A DNA stretch of 44,733 nucleotides, counting the filler, from Jimgerdemannia flammicorona (Eukaryota): assembly GCA_003990765.1 (NCBI GenBank). It is 2 parts of 2 records of this genome, joined end to end, with 100 filler letters (N's around TTAATTAATTAA, not from the genome) between each part and the next. Parts side by side here need not be neighbours in the genome. Positions count along the whole stretch, not along the records: positions 1 to 22,317 come from RBNJ01001302.1; 1 more part is not named here. The stretch is one strand, 5' to 3'. The notes beneath the pieces are model-generated. The model saw nothing but the letters and a program-made list of their open reading frames with translations. It was not told the DNA's origin and made no database searches. Positions 1 through 19,201 of the stretch are shown piece by piece. The translations under genes and the position numbers were made by a program. The first letter of the stretch is position 1. The number at the start of each line of letters is the position of its first letter.

Positions 1-122
1 CCCCCCCCCGCTTGGTGCAATGCTCCTTTGTGTGTATCTCCCACGCCCAATCTTGCTACTAGATAGCTTTTAAAATAATATATAAATACTAATAAACTTC
101 AAAGCACTAAATACCACACCAA

Positions 123-130
123 TGACGTCA
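123..130. promoter_or_regulatory. CRE/ATF-like palindrome TGACGTCA upstream of SPC25
   Basis: Perfect TGACGTCA about 80 nt before the ATG at 211. Function is not shown by the sequence. Confidence 0.3.
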
Positions 131-210
131 CCCATTATTTACATAATCACATGACCTGCGCGTATATCGACAGACACATCCTTCACTCGTGGATGGACCC
201 ACAAAATTTA

Positions 211-1547
211 ATGACGACCTTTGACCCATCCCCCGATTTCGCCGACGACGGCAACCTCGCGCCGCTACCGAAGGCATCATTTGCCTACGACGACCTGCGT
301 GCAAGGATAGGCGCGGTCACGGCGCAGTTCGACGCGTTCATCGTCCAGGGCAGAGATGACGTACTCGAAAAGAGGCAGAAATGGCTCGCCGGTGTCGCCG
401 AGGATCGGGGTACGTTGGGAGCAAAGGGGAAGGGGGAGGGAAGGGGGGAAAGGGGGGGGAAGGAGGGAAGGGGAGGGAAGGGAGGAAAGGGAGGGAGAAA
501 GATATCTAACATATTATGTTCCTTGTCCCCGCCACTTTTGCCATCGCAGAGACGTACACGAGGCTCCAGCAGGAATTCGAGTTCTACACCAACCAAGAGG
601 CCGTCCTCTCGCGCAGTAAGCCTCTCCTCATTGTCCACAGTTTTCGCCGTTCTTGTTTTGGCTCTCCACTTCCACTGACATTCATTTGGCCCCTCCCCAC
701 TCCGTAGCCATGGAAAAGGAGCGTCAAGAGGTCACCGAGGTCAGCGGCGCGATCGATGAGTTCTCGCGACAGAAGCTGGCCATGGAGGAGCGTCGGAACG
801 CGTTGCAGGCGCAAGTCGACGCGCTCAGGGCTGAGCTGAGGAGAAAGAGAGAGGGTGAGTTGAGGATCGGAGTTGATCGGGAATTGACAATCGGAGTTGA
901 AAGTGGGGTTATGGATCATGAAGTCACTCGCTCATCTTGCTTTTTTATTTTTATTTTTGCATGGTAGCTAAACAGGCAGCGCGGCGCACACTTGAGGCGC
1001 AGCGGAGCAAGAACGAGCCTGAGCTTCGATTCTTCGAGGACAAGCTCGCGATGCAGATCGCCGGGTTCAGGGGTATGTGTGTGGATGGTGGTTGAATTTG
1101 GCATGTGCGGGTGGGTATGCGGTGTTTTGTGAGGAATTTAATCCGCCCATTATCTCTGATACTCCGCGATTCGGGTTTCGATAGAGGACGCCCTCTCCTT
1201 CGTGTTTACGCATATCGACGATAAGGACTACGATCGTAAATTCGCGTTCACGATCGACGTTAGCGAACGGGAGTACAAAGGTCGGTTATGGAGTTCGGTT
1301 TTGGTCGTGTCTTGGCTGGAATCCCTAAGGGGCACTGTTGTGCTTATTGTTCACCTCCTTTTCCCGGCTATTTGCTCGTCGAATCTTCCCACCGACAACT
1401 CACACCACAGTCATCGAGTGCACCCCGCCCGTCGCGAATCTGGGGGAACTGCTGGACACGCTGAACCGAACCAGAAGTTTCTACGCGTTCCTCAAGTACA
1501 TGCGCAAGGCGTTCAAGGATCAGTACCAGGCGTCGAAGTGCGGGTAG
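211..1547 (+). CDS. SPC25: Kinetochore NDC80-complex subunit Spc25 (6 exons)
   Basis: Five GT-AG introns (first 410-549) join a coiled-coil N-terminal half to a C-terminal RWD-type segment FVFTHIDDKDYDRKFAFTIDV...Y|VIECTPPVANLGELLDTLNRTRSFYAFLKYMRKAF, which matches the fungal Spc25 C-terminal pattern as I recall it. Confidence 0.85.
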
Positions 1548-1934
1548 TGGGGATCAGTGTGGATGGCGGAGATGCGAAGGTGGAGGGTGTAGGTCAGGGG
1601 ATGCAGGGTATGTGGTGGGAGGATCGGTGTGGGTTAAGGGGTGCGTGTAATGGCGTTGTCTCTCTTTATTCTTTAAACTGTACAATTAACTACACGTTTT
1701 CATCGTTTGCTTGTCTCCTATTTTTATTTCTTTGACCCCATCTCTTTCAAATTTTTCGTCGCTAGATATCCAACTTTCGGTCGAGCCATCGAAACGGAAC
1801 GAACGTCCATCCTTGCATAACTTCATTTCGTCATTTCGTCTACATTAGAGCACTAGTTATTAAATAAACACAAACCAAAAATACTTGGAAAGAAACCAAA
1901 TACGATTCAATCCTCATAACCCATGGTTGGACTG

Positions 1935-2728
1935 TCACGCTTGGAAGAGCTCGAGGTCGTCGTTGTACCCGTCTGTGTGAGATGGCGTGACGTTGTGGGT
2001 AAGAAAAGTTGGAGCCGATATAGGAACATAGTGGAAGAAATAAGAGATTAACGAACGTTTCCGCAGGTCCTTCCACGTCTCATCGACATCGTTGGTTGTC
2101 TGCAGGTGGTACAGCTGCAAGAAGCCACCGAGAACCAGGTGGCCCGCGTCATTGACGTCGAAGGATGTGACGATTTCCTGGTGGGTAGGTGAGGAGAACG
2201 GGTGTGAGGTGATGAATGTGAGGTGATGGATGTGTTTTAAAGGAGGGGTGTAGGATCAAGGGTTTGGTGGCTTGGTGGCAGGATTGGAATGACTTACCTC
2301 GATAGTATCCTCGTCGAACTGAGCGGAGGGAGAGATCGGGAATCAATTGTGAGATAGGGTTAAATATTTTGTCACGGCCGTAGACGCATGGACAATGGAT
2401 TATTCCCCACGCACAGATCGGAGCCCGACTCCACAAAGCAAAACACAAACACACACCTCCTGACCATTGGTGGCCAGGGCATACTCCTCCAGCTCCTTCG
2501 TGTTCAGCGCCCCGTCGTTATCCTACGGCGTCGAAAAGCAAACAAACACTTCAACGCCTACTCTGCAGAATACATATTATATAGTTCCCGTAACCCACAG
2601 AGCACCATGGTGTCACGTCCCCCGCGCCGCCCCGCACGCACCTTATCGAACCGTCTGAATATCTCGGTGAGTACCCGCTCCAGCTTCTCCGTCAGCTGAT
2701 CGTCGTCATCCAGGAGCTCCGCTGGCAT
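1935..2728 (-). CDS. Small (~110 aa) EF-hand protein, Miro/Gem1 EF-hand + EF_assoc-like (5 exons)
   Basis: Spliced by eye: MPAELLDDDDQLTEKLERVLTEIFRRFDK|DNDGALNTKELEEYALATNGQE|FDEDTIE|EIVTSFDVNDAGHLVLGGFLQLYHLQTTNDVDETWKDLRK|HGYNDDLELFQA*. Canonical EF loop DKDNDGALNTKE; all introns GT-AG. Confidence 0.85.
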
Positions 2729-4515
2729 ATTTGTCTAGGGGGTTGAATGAAGAAGTGAAGCGACAACCGTTGCGGGCGGCTTGTGTTGCCCTACCCCCGC
2801 CGTTGTGTCACATGATCAAGGACTCGAACCATACAGGCGCCCCGATCAATCGACGAGGGTTATTTTCTTTAGGCGACTGACGCCCCGTTTGAAAGTGCGG
2901 GGGGAAGTGACGGTCGGGTAGATGGATCTTGGTGGTGGGGCCTCCGCCGTTTTGTTTGGCTAAAAGGGTGGGATGATTATTGATGCTCGTTTGACTACAG
3001 ATCACTGGTGCGCCTGTGATCGAACCTTGAAATGCGTTATTGTTTGCTGCGCCAAAGCTTATATGCGCCTCCCAATGGTCGGCCACAGTTTATTTCACCG
3101 ATGGCCTGATGGCCTGACGTACACGCGAGTTCATGGCTCAATGTCATAATATTGAGCTGTCTGTTTATGGAACTCGCCATTTTACATCGAGATCCTTTGC
3201 GTTGGTAGAGTCATGAGGACAGTTTACATAATTTGATTGAAAGCTGCTTAGTGAATTATTGTACGCGAAGGGTATATGCTCAATGACAGCAATAAAGCGA
3301 AAAAAAGCTACTGCGCGAAGTTTCGAAGTTGGTTATGTAAGCCAAGTATATACGTATGTTAGGTAAGCCGAGTTCGTATGTGCTGGGAAGCGCGAACCAA
3401 CGATATACTGCAGAGGCAAGGTTTACTGGCCGATGTTGACACTGACACCAGCGAACTCATGCCACGTTCTGGAATTTTCACCTTTTTTGCCACCTCGCAT
3501 GGATTGGATCGAGGATTTTTTTTGTTTTGACATTGAACGCGTAGGCACCAAATTTGGCGATTATATTTGAGCGGCGACTATGGTTTCGGGTCCAGCCTTT
3601 CTAGATCATGGGGCCATGGGACCATAGGCGCCCCGAGCACACGCAAATTGCAATACGACGGATACCCCGACCGAAGCCAACGCAGGTGAAACCAATTGTG
3701 CGACGGAAACCGTTCGCCGAGTCTCGTTGAGATTTATTGTTATTGTACGCGAGGCGGGTGCCCCCTCTACGATGTTTGGGCCCCTTCCCCTAGTCGCTCT
3801 CCTAAATTGCCGTGGTACCGTATAGAAGGCTCAATACCCGTTGCGGCCGACTTTTGGCCAAGCGCCTCGTGCCTCGTGGGCGCCCAATGCAGGGGCAAGC
3901 TCGGGCCGAGTTGGAGTACGCGAGCCTGTTTTGTGCCTTTGATTGATTTGATTTATGATTTACGATTATGAACTATGGGCGCCGAGAGGGGGGTGGGCGC
4001 GTGCGAGCCCGACAGCACGCCATAGGTATTGTGGAAGACTTCTGTTCGTCATGGAGGCCTTAGCGACCCTGCATTATCGGCAGGCTGACAACTTTTGTCA
4101 AATGATGTCAACTGGCACAGGGTGGGCATATTTCGTAAAATGGTTTTCTGAGAAGAAAAAACGCCCAGGACCCTGCTCGGGGATCTTCCGTCAAGAGAAC
4201 CCCCCTGAGCAGATATTCCAAATCGAGCGTCTGAACATTTGTGATCCATCAAGGGTGTGGCACCAGAGAGGTTGAAATTAGGGCCCATGAGTAAAACTTC
4301 CCTTGTTGGGCCGAACCTCGTGATCTAACCGAAATGAGAAGGTGTCTATAATGATCCCAAGGCTCGTGCGATGTATTTAAACTCAAAGATATTCTCTTTG
4401 TCCCCAACAGTTTCCCAACTTCTCACTATCTGAACGCAACAAAAGCTACCTCTAACTTCTCACCAAGTTCACCCACATAACAACCACAATCACGTCTAAC
4501 CCAAAGAAAAACATC

Positions 4516-6559
4516 ATGTTCACTATGACAAGACAAGGCACGGGCGGTTTCAAAGATAAACTGATTGGCAAGCTGTCCAACTCCCCACTGAACAAGGGAA
4601 AGACGACCACCACCACCACCACCACTATTACCCGCCCAGGCCAGAGCCCAGTAACAACGACCACCATTACCAGCAACCACTCAGGACACTCAAGCCCAGC
4701 ACCCCAACACCAGCACCAGCAGCAACAACATCAGCAGCAACCTCAGCAGCAACCTCAGCAGCAACCTCAGCAACATCAGCAGCAACCCCAGCAGCAGCCA
4801 AAGCCGGCCGCTCAGCAGCCAAAGCCGACCGCTCAGCAACCCAAGCCAACCGCTCAGGCGGCCGTTCAGCAGCCAAAGCCGGCCGCTCAGGCCGCCGCTC
4901 AGCAGCCAAAGCCTGCTGCTCAGGCGCCAATCCCGAAGGCCACGAATATCGAGACCGCGGAGGAGGTGCTCGAGGATATCGAGGATGCCATGGATCGCTT
5001 GAGGTACGGTATCACAAAGAATGGCTCGTGGCCAGATCGGGTCCCTGGGATCGAGCATTCCCAATCGGAGAGGTGTCCCTGACTAACCTCCAATACGATC
5101 TACTCACCTGATCCGCCACAGTAAATCAGGTACCATGGTTGAGAAGGGCTACGACAAGCCACTCAACCTCGCCGCCTACAATTTCGACCACACCGACGCC
5201 CACGCCCGCAAGTGTCCCAAGAAGGACGAGGCATCTATTTCCACACTCGCCCACTACCTAACCCACAAGTACACCGACCCTGTACACAAGTACCGCGCCA
5301 TCTTCGCCTGGATCGCAGACAACATCGTCTACGACGTCGCCGGATACATTGACCGTAAGCACAAATCCCAGGAGGTTGCGGACGTCCTCCGTACTCGCAT
5401 CGCCGTATGCCAGGGCTACGCTAATGTCTTCCAGGCCCTCTGCGAGGAGGCGAATCTCAACTCTTCCATCATCCGCGGCTTCTCCAAGGGCGAAGGCTCC
5501 CAGCCAGGTGATGGTCAACCCGTTGAGCACGATAAGGAAGGGAAGCCCACAGGTCACGCGTGGAACGCGATCGTCGTAAACCACCAGTTCCTTTTCGTCG
5601 ATTCCACGTGGGGCGCCGGTACAATTGAACACTCCAAGCGCGCGTTCACGAAGCGGTTCCAGGACACCTACTTCCTCACCCCCCCCAATAAGCTCATCTT
5701 CTCCCACTACCCCGCCGAAGCGAAGCACCAGTATCTCTCCCCCCCCCTCTCCGAGCACGACTTCCTCGCCCTCCCCTGGGTCAAGCCCCTGTACCACGAG
5801 TACGAGGTCCAGATTATCAAGCCCCGCCCGCGCAGCCCTGTCATCACCGCCCAAGACGATATCATCGACATTTATCTCGATATCGCAAAGATGCCCAAGG
5901 GCGGATCCTTGATTGGACAGTTTGTCAAGTTCGGAAAGGATGGAAGGTCCACCGAGGAGGTCAAAGGCGCAGTCATCGCGCAGAAGGCCCCGGAGTACGT
6001 CCACAAAAACGTTTTCTGGGTGCACGTCGTCTGCCCGGCCAAGGGCGATTACAGGCTCGACCTCGTGGTTGTAAAGGGCCCTAACGTGAGTATTTCCTGC
6101 TCTCATCAATTTGACTTGGCAGCTGCAAGTTTTTTCATTCTTCGCTCCCAAACTAAACCCTTCTCCCTCTCCTTAATCTCACAGCAACCCGGCCTCAGCT
6201 TCCTCACCACCCGCATCGTCAACAAAGGCAACGGCACGCACCCGCAAGTCCCCAATAGCTTCATCACCCCGATACCCATCACCATCCATGCGCCCCTCAC
6301 CGGCATCCTCAAGGCCTCCCAGCCCACCGTCCGCTTCACCTTGTCCGCCTTCGCCAAGGACGACAAAGCCCCCTCCAAGTTCATCATCCTCAACAAGGAC
6401 CAGAGCGTGCGCCACGATATTTCCAAAACCGGGCATGGCCAGGAGTTCCTCCGCTTCGAGGCAGAGTTCCCCATGATGAAAAAGGGTGATTACACTCTCT
6501 ACTACCAGACGGGCGCCGGCGGCTCGATGCCCGGTGTGGCCTCGTTCAAGGTTGTGTAA
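4516..6559 (+). CDS. Transglutaminase-like cysteine protease (kyphoscoliosis peptidase/Cyk3/Hillarin family) with Thr/Gln-rich N-terminus
   Basis: Introns at about 5004-5121 and 6086-6184. Motifs YRAIFAWIADNIVYD, AVCQGYA (Cys), HAWNAI (His) and VDSTWGAG (Asp). Confidence 0.88.
4705..4925 (+). repeat. Coding low-complexity repeats (QQQP and QQPKPAAQ units)
   Basis: Tandem CAGCAACCT and CAGCAGCCAAAGCCGGCCGCT units in exon 1 of the transglutaminase-like gene. Confidence 0.85.
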
Positions 6560-6836
6560 ATGGAGATTGGAGAATGGACGGGCGCGCAGTGAGAAAATGA
6601 GAAAAGCGGTTCTTCTGGCAGGGTTTCGTTTTTTTTCTTTTCCTTTTATTCCAAGTCATATGCATACATACATATTGTACGCTTCCTACAGAACTTTTTT
6701 GTTTCTCATCATCTTGCAACGATATAGATATCGCATCCTTGTAATTATGATACAACCGATCTCATTTATTTCTGTCCTCTCATGTATTACCACACCTGTC
6801 TTGTATCATTAAATGCCACAAAAAATTGTGACTAAA

Positions 6837-6887
6837 TCTGGAAACTCTGGGAATTCCGGGAATTCCGGGAACTCTGGGAATTCCAGG
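6837..6887. repeat. 9-bp tandem repeat TCYGGRAAY, ~5.7 copies
   Basis: tctggaaac tctgggaat tccgggaat tccgggaac tctgggaat tccagg, intergenic upstream of SMC3. Confidence 0.85.
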
Positions 6888-7185
6888 CCTCGTTTTTTGT
6901 ATACATTGCGACCTGGACGAGGCCACGCTAACACGGGCACTGCTAACCAGGAATGTTCTCTGGCTCTCGGTTGCAATTGCGATCGTGCGTTGTGATCTCT
7001 GTTCTCCGCTGGAAAAAAAAAACCCCCCGATTGCTACTGTGGTGATACTTGGTTACCTGGTCACATTGGTTGGGGGTGGCTTATCCAACGCATTACGTCA
7101 CCGACAATCATACGATCATGTGATTTATCGCGTGTTGGGTACCAGTGCGGACTGGACAAGACCAAACCCCACTTGTCCTTTGGAG

Positions 7186-7191
7186 ACGCGT
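7186..7191. promoter_or_regulatory. MCB-like box ACGCGT upstream of SMC3
   Basis: ACGCGT about 60 nt before the SMC3 ATG. MCB boxes drive G1/S expression of cohesin genes in yeasts, but a 6-mer can occur by chance. Confidence 0.3.
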
Positions 7192-7250
7192 CTTGAACCC
7201 AAGGACAACCTGAAACAGTGGTGAGAAGGCAGAAAGCCCGCCCGAGCGCA

Positions 7251-13788
<6,538 letters not shown>

Positions 13789-14266
13789 AAAGAGGTGGAG
13801 CGCGGCGGACTGTTTATGAAAAACCTCCATGTCACCACTCTCCCCGCGATATATGCGAGGACTCTGCTCAATTGGGCTATCTTTTATCTCCGTTTGTAAA
13901 TTTCTTCATAACCCGTTTGGCTGTTAGTAGTTCACGTTTACGTGATATGCCATGTAATTAGTGTTAGATAGTGCCTCTGTGCAATCCTGTCTGGATGTTT
14001 GTGTCTGCGCAAATATTGCCTTTACAAAAGTGATCCGTCGACTGGGGGAATCTTTCATTCATGTATGTGAACAATGGAGGAAATTATGTTTCTCATCCCC
14101 GGTCGTGGATTTTAGCCTTTGGACCTCGCCGAAATGCTACTAACCACTACAAATGGCAGTCATCGCATCTGCTGTGACGTAGACACTATTAATATCGGAC
14201 CCGCCGCTTCTCGAATCAAATAAACAAACTGTCCACTTCACCGACCTCTACACTCACTGGAACAAT

Positions 14267-16882
14267 ATGAAGCGTGCCGCTGAAGACCCTCAATCCACCG
14301 AGCAGCAACAGCGCAAGCGCCCCGGTCCCTCCCCCTCAAACCCTTCCACACTCAACGGCTACGTCAACCGTAACGGCCACGATACCCCATTTCCACCGTT
14401 CTCCCCAGCCTCGGTTGCATCCCCGTCGCCGCAGCACCAGCAGATTCATACGGGTAACTTTAAGAAATTTGTGGGGTGCTCGAGATTCGACGACTATGAG
14501 CTGGAGGATAAACTGGGGGAAGGAACGTTTGGGTGAGTCGCAATGGGAATTCGGAGTAGCGAGGCAGGCTGCAGCATTCCTCTCTCTATCTCCTTTTTGG
14601 TTAGTGTCATGGAATTCGACCTGATCTCTAAACCTTCGCGCTGCAGGGAAGTACATAAAGCACGACGAAAGTCTACCGGCGAATTGGTTGCTTTGAAGCG
14701 TATATTGATGCATAACGAAAAGGACGGGGTAGGTCCACTAAATCCGCACAGGGTTTCCTTCTCGTCTCCTCTCCGAACGCCTACGGCAATATTTGGTTTT
14801 TTCTTTAACAACTCGACTCGTACCTAACTGAGTTTTCCCCAACACCTCAAGATCCCCATCACCGCCCTCCGCGAGATAAAGATCTTGAAGCAGCTGAGCC
14901 ACATCAACGTCGTTCCGCTGACGGACATGGCGGTGGAACGAGGTAGGACATGCCAACTATCTTAGACCACGTTCGATCGAAAACTTGTGCCCTGTCGCGC
15001 GCACAAGCCTAACGGTTCTTCAGGAACCCCATCCCACGTTGACAAGCACACAGGCGAACGCAAAGAGCGCCAACGCGGCTCCATCTATATGGTATTTCCC
15101 TACATGGATCACGACCTCACCGGCTTGCTGGAGAACCCTTCCGTTCCGAGCTTCCAGCCTCCGCAGGTGAAGCTTTATCTAAGACAGCTGCTGGAGGGGA
15201 CGACGTACTTGCACAAGGTGGGATTCATGCATAGGTTGATTGATCACGGAGTTTGGTTTCGGATCCGGGAAGGGTGTACGTGTGTGTATATGTGTGTCAA
15301 AGGATGTTGGGTGATGTTTATCACTTGCATCGACGTTAAAATTCCACAATGTTTGCTTTTGGGCCTTGCTGCTCATAGAACAAAATTCTGCATAGGGATA
15401 TGAAAGGTGCATCTTCACGTTAGACGAGTTCATCGATTTCCATTTTGTTACACAATTCACAAATCGCGACTCACCTATCTCCCTAATCACATCACAGCGG
15501 CGAACCTCTTGATAAATAACCAGGGCATTCTCAAGATCGCTGATTTCGGCCTCGCGCGCGGGTTTGACGAGCCGGGTAGGGACTATACCAATTGCGTCGT
15601 CACGCGGTGGTATCGACCGCCGGAGTTACTGCTGGGCGAGAAGAAGTACACGACGGCGATCGATTTGTGGGGAATAGGGTGAGTGGGTTCTTTCCATGGG
15701 ATGTTTTGTTTTCTGCGTTTTTTTTTTTTGTCTGAGACTCGGAATCTTGGTATATATTGTATGCCACTGTTTTTTTGCTATGAGGGAACTCGCATTGTCA
15801 TTTCCGCTTATCTATCCCATGTCACACCCTTCCCACGGAACTTCAGATGCGTTTTCGCTGAAATGCTGGCTGGTAAGCCCCTCCTCCCCGGCCCCTCGGA
15901 CCTCGACCAGTTGAAACTGATCTTCGACCTCTGCGGCACGCCCACGGAGGAGACGATGCCCGGATGGCGCAAACTTCCCGACGCGGATAAGTTCGACCCT
16001 TACAAGAGCACGGGCCCGCGCTCGAAAGGTATCGCCGAAAAGTTTGCGAAGTGGGGCCTACAGGCTGTTGACCTGCTCGAGAAACTGCTGATGCTCGACC
16101 CGGAGAAGAGGATTTCTGCGTTCAATGCCCTCGATCATGATTACTTCTGGACCCCCCCGATGCCCGCGGAGCCGAGCAGGTGAGTTGGGCGATGGGTTGG
16201 AGCCAGGCGGTTAATTTTTGAGAGGTATATGTTTGCCTCAGTTACACAATAATAACTGCGAACTCGCTGCGTATTGCCATCATTCCACTCTCGCGCATTT
16301 TCCCACATTACCAGTATTCCCGTCTACGAGTCGAGCCACGAATATGACAAACGCAAGGGCCGCGAGCGCCCCGCCGACAGCGCCGCACCCCAACAACCGT
16401 CCTATCCTCCAAACCTGGCCCGCGGCGCCTCCCAAACCCTCAACAGCGGCCCCTCTCATGGCAACAGGTACAACGGCGGTGGTGGTAGCGGTGCCGCCGG
16501 CCGCGGTGGCCGAGGCAATGACCACCACAACGGCGACTCGTACCGATATGGCGGCGGATCCAAAGACGACAGGGACCGTCGCGACTATCGCGATGGCGGC
16601 CATCATCGCGATGGACACCGAGAGAGGGAGAGGGATAGGGAACGGTATGGCGATAAGTATGGTGATAAGGATAAGGAGAAAGATAAGGACAAGGATAGGG
16701 GCCGCGATCGTAGTAGAGAATCGAGGGATAGGGAGCGTGGAGAGCGCGCAGAGAGTCAGAGTGCTTTATCTGCCACGTCGGGGTCGTCATCGCAGGCAGG
16801 CAGACCCGAGAGGCAGGTCCATGCATTACCGCCTAAACCGGCCACGGTCATGGTGCCGGCTCTGCCACCGCGGGGAGTTTGA
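14267..16882 (+). CDS. BUR1: Transcriptional cyclin-dependent kinase Bur1/CDK9 with RD/RE/Gly-rich tail
   Basis: Spliced motifs [67 protein letters not shown]. Confidence 0.9.
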
Positions 16883-19201
16883 AGAGATGTGTTACCTTTG
16901 GAGTGGATGTTTTGCGGGTTGGATGTTGTGAGATGGATTGTTGGCTTTTGCGGTACATTGTAACTTGGCTCCTTGTTTCACATAGAAGTTAGTTTTTATT
17001 TTCTTGGTCTCATTCGATAGATTATTGTAGGGTTCGATCGTTGGCGTAGAGAAGATCTGTATAGAACCACCTCGAGCCCATTAGCGTATTTTTCTAGCCT
17101 ATCAGTTGTTTCGAGATTAGGGTTCAAGTATCACATTTGTAAGTACCTAGGCGATGTTGATATGGGCCCCTTAGAAATGATTCTCGTGCCTCCAGCGGGC
17201 TATGGTCGCATCGATGCGCGTTGTGGCTCCATACTTACATACTGGATCGCCGAGCAATGCCGGAAAGGAATATCGTAAACTTCAACTAAAGTAAAGAGAC
17301 CCTTCATATACTGAAAGGGATAGTGCTGCATTCAAGAGGTCGCCACGCGACATAAGAGATGGTGGGTGCAAATGTTGGACTAGAAGCTGATATATGCGCC
17401 ATACCTAAGTATATACTGTGATAGGTTCTCGCTATACGCCCCCTCGATCTAGGAACCTCATTATGGGGCCGGAAAGGGTGAGGATATGGAGGTCGTGGGA
17501 AAATTGGGAGGGCGGTGTGGAGCGAAGGCATACTTCCGACTGGTCCTTGATGCAGCTGGGAGAATGTTCGCCTAAGGATTCCGTCGCGTGCCGTGATGCG
17601 CGACGGTACATGAGGTGGATGGGTTTGTGCATTAGACCGGTAGGCATTGGGAAAAGGAGGCGGAGGTATTGTATGGGGATTGACAATTCCATCTGTGGCT
17701 CGATGGATGTGTTTTGAGCGCTTTAATAAGTTTTATTATGAGGGTTTGATGTGAATCTATTCGCACGGCTTTTATTTTGTCCTTATACGATCGCTTACGG
17801 GTCCCACCGACCCAAAGCAACTCGGCACTTATGTATGCACCCTCTCGGCATTACCCAGAAACCATCACAAGGGGTTGCATCGGCTTCCATCCAGATCACT
17901 TCTTTTTCTTGCGGGTGGGAATCGTATCATTCACTTGCCAGGGGAGTTGTCTCCCCCTTGGGAGAGAGCTGAGCGGTCCGCTTGGCACACCGTCGTGGGT
18001 GGGATTCAACAAGACATCCTGCCTTGCCCCTCTTGACTCGGCAGTTTGGTTGCGGTGATGCGAGGGACGGAAGAAAAAGTTTAGTCAGAGGAAGGTACCT
18101 GTGAGAAAAAGAGCGGTATTCTGATCAAGTGTTGTGGGTGTCGGTACGCGGAAATGTTGTCACAAAAGATATCCACTGCGCCGCTTGCCGCAACCCAAAT
18201 TCCGACTTACCCGACGTGTTCGTCTTTGGAAACGTCAATTGGCGTCACCACGCCCTATTTCCAGGTAAAAAAAACCTGCGTCCGCCTCACCGGGATCAAT
18301 ATCCGCAGCCGGCGAACCAGAGAACCCTTGTAATTCAAGTCCGTTTCCTTTGGCTCGTCATCCTCAAGACTTTTCAAGTATTCGCCGAGTCGCAGGGGTT
18401 GAGCTACGTCGTCATATAGCCCGCTTTGACAGTCAGCCCCTTTAGGCAAGGGCACGCTCGAGCCCTTCCAATTCCAAGGCAAGGCTGACGAAGAAGGCCT
18501 TGGGCCTTAACTTTGTTCGCGCAACCAACTCTTAAGGATCTTCGTATCGAGGTCCCAGCTTGTGCATCCTCTAGGTTGGACACCATATCCTTTATCTGTA
18601 TGGTCACAATCCCATAGCTGCTGAACGTCATTTCGGCTCCTCCGGGTTGACGGCATCGACTGTGGCGCTTTCAGCGTCGGATGGGTCGGACTCGTCAAGA
18701 ACATGAGCTTTTGGTTTTGTTTCTCTGGAGCAAGGTGGGTGGGTGGCTCGTGTGGGTAGGATTCTGATTACTGCAAACTACAAATAAATCAAACCGTATC
18801 GGTGAGTGATTTCATTTCTAGTAAGACTGCTCGCAGGTTTAAATGACGCCTTTAACTCGTTTTATTTTGTGTAGCATAAAAACTTGCCATAATATAAGAA
18901 CTACGCATAGCCAAGAACCAAAACAAACTCCATTCCAATCATTGGCTTTGGCGTCGATCATCATGTAAGGGTCAAATGACATCAGGTGGCTTGGTCACCA
19001 GAAACTTGCAAATTGTTACCTAACATTCAGTGGCAATGGTCACTATTACATTCCCCTCCCTCGATCATCCAGACCAATCCCGTCCTGGAAACTGATTACG
19101 TTCCCCTCTCTCGATCGCACCTATTCGTCCAGACCAACCCGTCCCGGAAGCCATCCCCAAAACCTAACCCACACGAAATAATACGAGTGTAAGCCACCGT
19201 A

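Noticed and set aside
2808..4300. Short ORFs between the EF-hand and transglutaminase-like genes
   Set aside because: No codon bias or motifs; this is probably a divergent promoter region.
5258..6151. 297-aa minus-strand ORF
   Set aside because: Antisense shadow of the high-GC3 transglutaminase-like exon, with no motifs of its own.
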